DNA of 64,000 nucleotides from Polyangiaceae bacterium (GTDB lineage Bacteria; Myxococcota_A; Polyangia; Polyangiales; Polyangiaceae): NCBI GenBank assembly GCA_033763455.1, contig JANRKO010000060.1, positions 1 to 64,000 of the forward strand, read 5' to 3'. Shown piece by piece: positions 9,900 to 17,052 of this stretch (position 1 is its first letter; each line of letters starts with the position of its first letter). The notes under the pieces were generated by a model. It saw only the letters and a program-made list of their open reading frames with translations, ran no database searches and was not told where the DNA came from. The position numbers and the translations under genes were made by a program.

Positions 9900-12800
9900 A
9901 TGACTTTTCGCCTTTCATCTTGGTTCCGAAGCGCGGTGGCGTTGGTGGCGGCGTGTGCCGCGGCAATTGCCCTTGGAAATGGCTGCGGGAGTGATGGCGG
10001 GGGTGGCGCGGCGGCTGGCATGAGTGGCGGAGCTGGCGGGATGGCGGGTACGTCCAGCCTGGCGGGCAATGGTCCCGGCAATGTTGGTTCAACGGCGGCG
10101 TGTGTGCTCAGTGCGGATTGCGCTTCAGGTTATCACTGTGATCTGGGCGAGTGCTTGAAAAGCTGCGATGAAGGAATGCCTTGTGCCGTGGGGCTCACGT
10201 GCTCTGTGCGTGGCGAGTGCGTTTCTTCGGCAAATGCTGCGACGCCAAGCACTACCAGCGCCGGTACCTTTACGGTGGAGCCGCGCCGCGTTCCACTTAC
10301 CGAGCGAGATACTTCGTTTGACCTCACGCTCACGAGCGACAGTACCAAGGCCGTGAATTATCGAGTGGAGTTGGTGGGTGCGCATTTGGGGTTGAGTGAG
10401 CTCAGGGGAAGCTTTACGAAGACCAAGAAGCTCACGATCACGAGTAATCCGGCACAAGCACTGGCCCGCAAGAGCCCTGGCAGCGTTCGGATCTTTACGG
10501 ATCTTGGCAACGTTACGGTAGATGCACCGCTGCGGGTGGGGCTTACGGGCCGTTACCAAGGTGTCATGAGCTACAACGGCGGCCAGGTGTCGCTCGGTGA
10601 AGCCCGCTTTACGGCGGAGCTTCTAGCGCAGCAGGGCAACGTGAGTGCGCGCATTGATCCGAAGGAATCGCTGCTATTTCCCGCTATTTCTGGCCAACCA
10701 ACGTTTGGGGTCGGTTTCGAGTCAGGCGAAGAGCTCACGCTTACCTTTGATCAGAAGATCCCGAAGGAAGTGGGCGGAGATCGAAACCTGCTAGGGCGTG
10801 ACATCGGCCGACGCGTCAAGCTAGTGGTAAAGCCATTCGATCGCGATAGCCTCGCGGGCACGTTTGAAGAAACGCTTTTTGGTCTGTTCGTTTTGCCAGT
10901 GAAGGTAAACGGGACCGTCACGTTGCGTTATCGCGGTGACCAACCCGATCCGGTGTTCACACCTGGGCCCGCGATCACGCAGCCGACAGGTGCTGCAACG
11001 TGGCTCTCCGCCACTCAGGCCTTGGGAGCCAGCGGGGAATGCTCGGCGCTGCTTGCCGGTGTTTCGGTTTGCGGGGCAAACTGGCAGAACGGAAAGACGG
11101 CGTGTTTCGAGAGCGTTGCGAGTAGCTCCTACAAGTTGGACGTGGCGATGGCCAATCGAACGATGCCGGGGAAGGGGTTTGATGCGATTGTGAGCGATTG
11201 TGCGAGCGGTCTCGCTTCGTGCGCCAACGTTCCGAACCTCGCTTGCGCTGCTCAGGCAGCCGCGATGGTTTCCGTCGCGGATGCGGCTAATGCCGGCGTG
11301 TTCGGTCGCTTAGTGCGAAGATTTTCAGATCCGTCGTTACTTATCGCGAACGACATTATGGTGAAAGCACTTCGTGATTCCCTCTCGAAGGATAGCCTTA
11401 CGTCCGAATTGACGAGTTATGATGCTGCTGCCACCCGACTGAGCACCCCCATCCGCTGGCTCCTCCAATCCGGGATGCTCGATTATCTTGAACGCCTGGA
11501 CCCTGTGGCTGCCCAGGGTGACATGAAGAACGGCGAAGCCAGCTTCCCCGCAGCGCGAGCACTTTCCAAGCTTCTCCGCCTGCTTTCCGCAGTTGAAGGA
11601 GAGCGCGGCCGGCTCAACGCCTTGGCTAGTAGTGCGGATCCGAGCGGAGAGATCCAGAAGGCCCAAGAGCGCGGCCTCCAGAGCTACCTAGAGTCCATCG
11701 CGCTTTTGCATCTTCTGGAAACATGGAACGCTGCAGCTCCCGAAATTGCGACCCAAGCCGCAGGGCTGCTCACACCGCTCGACGGCGCATTCCGATCCCT
11801 TTCGCAGGGCGCTGCAACGTTCGGTATCCCCGAAGGGTTCGTGCCGTTTGTTTGGCAGCCGAATGATCTCACGAAGGGTGCCACGAACTTCGAGCAGATG
11901 GCGAAGGTGGCAGAAACAAGCCTTGCAGCCGTTACTCAGGCAGAAGCCAACTTTCTGGCAAACGCGCGCACTTTCGACCAAAACGAGCAGGAGCTACTGA
12001 CCGAGCTGCAGGCTGTGGCGGTAAGCTATGATACGCAGCTTAAAGATATCTGCGGTGCTACCTTCAACCCCGATGCGATCACCAAGGATTCTGATTGGGA
12101 GATGTGCGGGAGCGCTGGCACAGGCGAAATCGCGGTAGCGCAGGGGCAAGTGGTTCAAGCGCAGGGGCGCCTCAGCGCCTCGCTATCACGGGTCCAGGGA
12201 ATGCGGGATAAGCTTGCCATTGATGAAGACGCGTTGGCACAAAAACAGGGCGTTCGGAAGGATACTCTTCGGTTTATCGATAGCACAGGCAGCCAGCTCT
12301 CAACGCTCATCATGGCCGAGGGCGTGATCAATGCGATTCAGGTGGGGCTTGAGCTCTCATCGAACGCTAGCTTGCTCAACGGAGGCGCGTCGATCGGTAT
12401 GGGTGTGGCTTCTGCGATCTTAGAAACGCAGAAGACGGCTCTCAACGTGCAGCGCCAGAACCTTCAGACCGCCCAAACGATGCGATTTGAGCAACAAAAT
12501 GCCAAGCTCGAATTGATCGATGGCATGGCGAGCCTTCAACGCCAGCTGATTGATATCAATCAAGTGGCGCTTGAGATGGAGCAAGATAAGCTCTTAGTGC
12601 TGGAGAATGATTTGCGCGTCCGCAACTTGCTCGACCAGGCCAAGCTGGTGCTTAACAATCGAGCAGGCGCGAAGTGGTTAGCAGCAAATTCACCAGCTAA
12701 CGATCCTTCGTTCAGGTTGCTGCGGGATAAGCTTGCGATTTCAGTGCTCAACGCTCGTGCGAACGCACAGCGCATGTTGCTGCTCGTGGGGCGAGCCCTG

Positions 12801-13559
12801 GAGTACGAAGTGAATACGCCATTTGGCGCCATCGAAGGCGCGGTTATCAACGCCCGCAATGCCTCATCTTTGGGTGAGCTCGCTACGTGTTTTACGACGA
12901 TCCACAACGATTACGTGTTGGCCTATGGCAACCCTCAAGCCTATTCGACGAACATCTCCGTGCGCTCGCTTCTCGGCGTAGAGGGCCCGATTTTGGACCC
13001 AGCCACGGGGCAAATGTTGTCGCCCGGGCAGCAGTTCCGCGAGTTGGCCCTTCGCAATGAGAACCTCGATCCAGATGGCGGCCTCACGCTACAATTCTCC
13101 ACCAACCTGCAGCCTGGTAATCAGCTGTGGTCATCGGATGTATGTGGGGATCGCATCACGGATGTGCAGGCCCAGCTCGTGGGAGATTTTCTGGGTGACA
13201 ACCAAACTCAAGTGAACGTGAGCCTGGCCGGAAGCGCTGTGCTCCGCACGTGTGACACCGATGATCTTCGGAGTTGGTCGCTCGGTAAAGGTAAGGAAAT
13301 CGAAGGCGGAGCTTTAGCCATCGTCCAAGGTGGCGTGAACACCTTCGGGGACGCTCCACCGAATCAATCGCTCGCTGGGCAATCGGTGGCTCGTTCTACT
13401 TGGCGAGTGAGCATTCCGAGTAAAACCTCCGCTCCTTCCAACAGTGACGTCGACCTCACCAAGCTTGAAGACGTTGTGCTCAAGGTGCAGCACAAGGCGT
13501 TGCCCAAGCGCATGAGCCCTCTCAACGTAAATGTTTCTTGTTTGATGAGTATCCAGTGA
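9900..13559 (+). CDS. Large lipoprotein with Cys-rich and Ig-like N-domains and a C-terminal Tc-toxin A-subunit-like coiled coil and TcB-binding-like domain
   Basis: Lipobox GNGC, Cys-rich module, beta domains, long heptad region with an apolar hairpin, and C-terminal motifs RALEYE / NISVRSLL / RITDVQAQL / TWRVSIP / LEDVVLKVQH. CDS is certain; the Tc-like call is by-eye. Confidence 0.6.
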   Translation: MTFRLSSWFRSAVALVAACAAAIALGNGCGSDGGGGAAAGMSGGAGGMAGTSSLAGNGPGNVGSTAACVLSADCASGYHCDLGECLKSCDEGMPCAVGLTCSVRGECVSSANAATPSTTSAGTFTVEPRRVPLTERDTSFDLTLTSDSTKAVNYRVELVGAHLGLSELRGSFTKTKKLTITSNPAQALARKSPGSVRIFTDLGNVTVDAPLRVGLTGRYQGVMSYNGGQVSLGEARFTAELLAQQGNVSARIDPKESLLFPAISGQPTFGVGFESGEELTLTFDQKIPKEVGGDRNLLGRDIGRRVKLVVKPFDRDSLAGTFEETLFGLFVLPVKVNGTVTLRYRGDQPDPVFTPGPAITQPTGAATWLSATQALGASGECSALLAGVSVCGANWQNGKTACFESVASSSYKLDVAMANRTMPGKGFDAIVSDCASGLASCANVPNLACAAQAAAMVSVADAANAGVFGRLVRRFSDPSLLIANDIMVKALRDSLSKDSLTSELTSYDAAATRLSTPIRWLLQSGMLDYLERLDPVAAQGDMKNGEASFPAARALSKLLRLLSAVEGERGRLNALASSADPSGEIQKAQERGLQSYLESIALLHLLETWNAAAPEIATQAAGLLTPLDGAFRSLSQGAATFGIPEGFVPFVWQPNDLTKGATNFEQMAKVAETSLAAVTQAEANFLANARTFDQNEQELLTELQAVAVSYDTQLKDICGATFNPDAITKDSDWEMCGSAGTGEIAVAQGQVVQAQGRLSASLSRVQGMRDKLAIDEDALAQKQGVRKDTLRFIDSTGSQLSTLIMAEGVINAIQVGLELSSNASLLNGGASIGMGVASAILETQKTALNVQRQNLQTAQTMRFEQQNAKLELIDGMASLQRQLIDINQVALEMEQDKLLVLENDLRVRNLLDQAKLVLNNRAGAKWLAANSPANDPSFRLLRDKLAISVLNARANAQRMLLLVGRALEYEVNTPFGAIEGAVINARNASSLGELATCFTTIHNDYVLAYGNPQAYSTNISVRSLLGVEGPILDPATGQMLSPGQQFRELALRNENLDPDGGLTLQFSTNLQPGNQLWSSDVCGDRITDVQAQLVGDFLGDNQTQVNVSLAGSAVLRTCDTDDLRSWSLGKGKEIEGGALAIVQGGVNTFGDAPPNQSLAGQSVARSTWRVSIPSKTSAPSNSDVDLTKLEDVVLKVQHKALPKRMSPLNVNVSCLMSIQ

Positions 13560-13595
13560 TGCCGGCAAGAGTTGGAGCGAAAACCCAAGCAGCAG

Positions 13596-13940
13596 CTACT
13601 TCCCCAAAACCACATCAATGCCTGCAAGCACCGCAGCCAGCTTGCCTCGCGATAGCGAGCCAACTCGCTCATCCAGTTGGGCTCGGTCCAATGTGAGGAT
13701 CTGCGATACGTTTGCGACGGAGGCTTTCGCAAGACCCGTGCTGCGGGGGGGAAGACTCTCGTTTCCGGGGAATCGCGCTAGCGCCATGTTTGAGGTCAGT
13801 GGGACACACACAACGGTAGCAATTGAGCTGCGGTTGAATGCGTCGCTCTGCACTACGACAACGGGGCGTCGAAAGCCTGGCTGCGAACCAATAGGCTCGC
13901 TGAGGTCAGCCCAGAAAATATCGCCCTGGCAGACTACCAT
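13596..13940 (-). CDS. mazF: Type II TA toxin, PemK/MazF family endoribonuclease
   Basis: QGDIFWADL...GSQPGFRRPVVVVQSDAFN...VVCVPLTSN...SVANVSQILTLD. Confidence 0.95.
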   Translation of the reverse strand: MVVCQGDIFWADLSEPIGSQPGFRRPVVVVQSDAFNRSSIATVVCVPLTSNMALARFPGNESLPPRSTGLAKASVANVSQILTLDRAQLDERVGSLSRGKLAAVLAGIDVVLGK

Positions 13941-14170
13941 TCAGCGGTTCCAAGGCGCCGCCGGCCGACTTGAACAGAGGCATCATCCCGAGGCTGACCC
14001 GATTCAGATATTGCCGCATCCAGCGCAGCCGTGACGATCTCAGGCGTATGCCTAGAGAGGTACTCTGCGAGGGCGCGACTATAGAGCTCGCTTCGAGAAA
14101 GCTTGAGCCGCTTGGCTGTGTGCTCGGCCCGCTCAAATACCTCATCCGGAACAGAAATGGCCGTCTTCAT
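13934..14170 (-). CDS. Ribbon-helix-helix antitoxin (MazE/ChpI-like)
   Basis: MKTAISVPDEVF...LSRSELYSRAL, directly upstream of and overlapping mazF. Confidence 0.9.
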   Translation of the reverse strand: MKTAISVPDEVFERAEHTAKRLKLSRSELYSRALAEYLSRHTPEIVTAALDAAISESGQPRDDASVQVGRRRLGTAEW

Positions 14171-14183
14171 ACCCAGAGTATAA
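14168..14183 (-). promoter_or_regulatory. -10 box and ATAC-N5-GTAT inverted repeat at the antitoxin start (likely leaderless, autorepressed)
   Basis: Minus strand TTATACTCTGGGTATG: TATACT lies 6 nt before the ATG, there is no SD, and the palindrome overlaps the start. Confidence 0.5.
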
Positions 14184-14292
14184 CCGCTGCCAACAGCTGC
14201 GGCCACACTTCCATCATTGGCAAGCCGGGGAGGGGGGCGAGTCCCACCCGTGATGCGCGTTCAGCTAGGAAGCTAACGAAAATCACTGCAAT

Positions 14293-14337
14293 TGGCACGG
14301 TGCTAGCACTTGCGTGCAATGCCAGCATATGCTAGCA
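14293..14337 (+). promoter_or_regulatory. Operator array of TGCNNGCA boxes upstream of the FitA-like antitoxin
   Basis: TGCTAGCA (14301), TGCGTGCA (14311), TGCCAGCA (14320), TGCTAGCA (14330), at about 10-bp periodicity. Confidence 0.6.
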
Positions 14338-14344
14338 CTACGCC

Positions 14345-14578
14345 GTGGCTAACCTCAGCGTGAGAAAACTAGACGACTCAACCGTCGAGCGGTTGCGGAT
14401 ACGCGCGGCTTCACACGGTGTGTCGATGGAAGAGGAGGCCCGGCGCATTCTGCAGCAAGCGGTGAGCGGCCCCGAACAGCTTGGCAGCCTCGCCCGTAGG
14501 CTATTTGGCCAGGCGCACGGCGTTGATTTGCCGCACGTCACACGAGAGCCCCACGAACCGCTGACCTTCGACGAATGA
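14345..14578 (+). CDS. FitA/VapB-like ribbon-helix-helix antitoxin
   Basis: MANLSVRKLDDSTVERLRIRAASHGVSMEEEARRIL. Confidence 0.9.
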   Translation: MANLSVRKLDDSTVERLRIRAASHGVSMEEEARRILQQAVSGPEQLGSLARRLFGQAHGVDLPHVTREPHEPLTFDE

Positions 14579-14586
14579 TCTAGCCC

Positions 14587-15012
14587 ATGCTGCTGCTCGA
14601 CACCAACGTTCTGTCAGAAGCGATGAGGAGTGCACCTTCAGAGAAAGTGTTAGCTTGGCTCGATCGCCATGGGGCCAACGGGCTCTTCCTCTCAACGATA
14701 ACGGTCGCTGAAATCGCTTATGGTCTCGGTTGCCTACCAGACGGCAATCGGCAAAAAGTTCTGGAATTTAGATTTCTCCGCCTCATGAGCGAAGGCTTCG
14801 CACATCGGATTTTGCCTTTCGATGAAGCGTGCGCGCAGGCCTACGGAGGCATCACGGGCTTACGAAAAAGGCAAGGGCGGCCCATGAGTGTACTTGATGG
14901 ACAAATCGCCGCGGTTGCGATCGCCAATGGCTACGCCTTGGCAACTCGAAATATCAAAGACTTCGAGTCCTGCGGGTTGGATTTGGTGAACCCCTTCGTG
15001 TACGCGGGCTGA
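14587..15012 (+). CDS. vapC: Type II TA toxin, VapC/FitB PIN-domain ribonuclease
   Basis: LLDTNVLSE...STITVAEI...DGQIAAVA...LATRNIKDF...VNPF. Confidence 0.95.
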   Translation: MLLLDTNVLSEAMRSAPSEKVLAWLDRHGANGLFLSTITVAEIAYGLGCLPDGNRQKVLEFRFLRLMSEGFAHRILPFDEACAQAYGGITGLRKRQGRPMSVLDGQIAAVAIANGYALATRNIKDFESCGLDLVNPFVYAG

Positions 15013-15047
15013 TTGGTCCTGCTTTTCGAACCCCCACACGTCGGCGT

Positions 15048-15743
15048 CTAAAGATCCACTTCCTGTTGCCCCACGATGAGGCTTACCTTGCCGTTGTTGG
15101 TTTCCTTGCGGATGGCATCGAGGAGAGCTTCGGGAGCGGTGCTCTTTTTGAGGACAACGCTATAGACAATCTCTTGTTGGGAGCCTTGCTCCACTGTTTC
15201 CACGGATACGAGGCGGTGCTCTTCCAGCAGGCTTCGGAAGACGGCCTCGAGGGTGCGTTCGGGGTCTTTTTCGACGGGCATACGTAGGCGCAGGAGGCGT
15301 TCGCTCACGGGGCGGGCGAAGGCGTCCACCTTGTACATGAACACAATAACGGCGGCGAGAACGGCAGTGGCGAACGCCGCGAGCGCGTAGAAGCGCGTGC
15401 CGCAGGCCATTCCGATAGCCATGACCATGAACATGAAGCCCACGTCGCGTGTTTCCTTTACCGCATTCCTGAAGCGGATAACCGAGAGCGCTCCCACAAG
15501 CGAGAAGGCTCGGGCGATATTGGAGCCGATAATCAGCATGATAAGGGCTGTTAACATGCCCATGATCACCAGCGTTTGGGCGAAAGACTGCGAATAGGAG
15601 GTGCCGCGGTGCGTGTAGCGGTAAACCCAGGCAGAGGCGTAGCTGAAGATGAAGCTTAGCACGAGTACAAGTGCCACATCCGTGAACGTGAAGACGCTCG
15701 TAATGTCCTTGAAGCGCTCAAGATCTTTGATTAGTTCGTCCAT
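15048..15743 (-). CDS. DUF4956 membrane protein
   Basis: Several TM helices with IGSNIARAFSLVGALSVIRFRNAVKETRD and a soluble C-terminal domain. Start MDELIKD at 15743. Confidence 0.9.
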   Translation of the reverse strand: MDELIKDLERFKDITSVFTFTDVALVLVLSFIFSYASAWVYRYTHRGTSYSQSFAQTLVIMGMLTALIMLIIGSNIARAFSLVGALSVIRFRNAVKETRDVGFMFMVMAIGMACGTRFYALAAFATAVLAAVIVFMYKVDAFARPVSERLLRLRMPVEKDPERTLEAVFRSLLEEHRLVSVETVEQGSQQEIVYSVVLKKSTAPEALLDAIRKETNNGKVSLIVGQQEVDL

Positions 15744-16495
15744 GGAGCTTCTCCTGTTAGGCCTGGTTGCAGAAGGCCGCGTTCCCGAAGGAGTAGGGCG
15801 GCAGCGCAGTATTTGCTGAAGCGTTTGAGTGTTACGTCGTGCCGCGCGAGCATGCGGCTCACCCACGAGGGGATGGCGTGGTCCGTCTTTACCTCAAGCA
15901 CCATCCATTCCGGTGGGAGCATGTAATGGCGCTCTTCGCTGGGGGATAGAAGTTGTGTTGGGGGGCGGCACCAAATGGCTTGATCAAATGTGACGCGAAG
16001 CAGCGGTTCGTAGCGGCCACCCACGAACGCTCTGCGCTGGTAACCCACTACTGCGGTGGGGCGGAGGTGTTGCGCGCGTGAAAGGAACGTGATTTCTGAG
16101 GCAACGTCAATATCAGCCGGATCTTCCCAGGCTCGCTCAAGATCCAGGGAGCCACTGCAAAGGGCGTAAGCATCGCGCAGCGGAAGCGCCAGGCGGCGTT
16201 TTTGCACTGTGCGGTTGATACGTTGCTTAATCTCCACCATCACCAAATCATCCGGGCCCTCTGGGAGCTTACCGTACGCGCGCACGCGAACCTTCCGGCG
16301 GTATTTGATGCCGTCTAGCTTGGAGCGGACAGCTGCGAGATCTTCCGTATCGTAATACAGGCTCGTGATGTTGTAGACGCCATCTTGGCCGAAAGTATCT
16401 ACTGACATCTGCTGGCGAATGTCGGCAATGAGCGCGTCACGCACCGCTACTGGCACGATGTATTTGAGTTCGAAGCGATTGAAGCGCCGGATCAT
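15731..16495 (-). CDS. VTC/TTM (polyphosphate polymerase-like, CYTH superfamily) domain protein
   Basis: RFELKY, SLYYDT, RRKVRVRAY, VEIKQR, YQRRAF, LRVTFD, VLEVK, FSKYC. Confidence 0.9.
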   Translation of the reverse strand: MIRRFNRFELKYIVPVAVRDALIADIRQQMSVDTFGQDGVYNITSLYYDTEDLAAVRSKLDGIKYRRKVRVRAYGKLPEGPDDLVMVEIKQRINRTVQKRRLALPLRDAYALCSGSLDLERAWEDPADIDVASEITFLSRAQHLRPTAVVGYQRRAFVGGRYEPLLRVTFDQAIWCRPPTQLLSPSEERHYMLPPEWMVLEVKTDHAIPSWVSRMLARHDVTLKRFSKYCAAALLLRERGLLQPGLTGEAPWTN

Positions 16496-17052
16496 GGCCT
16501 GCCCCTAAGCTGAATGTTTACAGGTGGGGCCTGTGAGATCGTTTTCGATTTCTGCGAGCCGAAGCGCACTTCGATGAGCTGCGGAAAGGGGCCCGTTTGA
16601 GGAAGCTCACGGGTGAGCGGGGCCGAGCGTTGGGCGCGGCCGGGCTGTAGCTTTTCGCCGTTGACCTGGATGCGCACCTCTACGGGTTTCTCCGAAGAGA
16701 TGTCCACCGGCGTTATGCTGAGCACCCGGGGAGATTCTTTTGTGCGCCGCACGAGGTAGGCGTAGCCGTTTTCGACGAGCCCGCGAGAATTCGCGCTGAT
16801 TTGCCCGGAGGCTTGCCCGTTCAATAGGTTCTTGGCAAGCGCTGGGTAGCGCTCCAGCGTCTTCTGCAGAACGTGCACTTCGTCTTCAGCGAGCGCCTCA
16901 CGTCGGCCTACGAGCAGTTCGACCTGGAGTCGCCAGACTGTTTCTAGTGGGGGAGTTAATAGCCCCCAAGCAAACAGGGCCAGCGCAGCCGAGCACCCCA
17001 CCACCACGATCACAAAGCCCACCCCCGGATAGGCTCGGTAAGGGATCTTCAT
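16492..17052 (-). CDS. Hypothetical single-pass membrane protein
   Basis: N-terminal hydrophobic segment, with 4-bp overlaps to both neighbours. Confidence 0.7.
   Translation of the reverse strand: MKIPYRAYPGVGFVIVVVGCSAALALFAWGLLTPPLETVWRLQVELLVGRREALAEDEVHVLQKTLERYPALAKNLLNGQASGQISANSRGLVENGYAYLVRRTKESPRVLSITPVDISSEKPVEVRIQVNGEKLQPGRAQRSAPLTRELPQTGPFPQLIEVRFGSQKSKTISQAPPVNIQLRGRP

Noticed and set aside
14575..14586. In-frame ATG-ATC-TAG just before vapC, suggesting readthrough or a pseudogene
   Set aside because: The ATG at 14587 gives a complete PIN domain start (MLLLDTN), so no recoding is needed.
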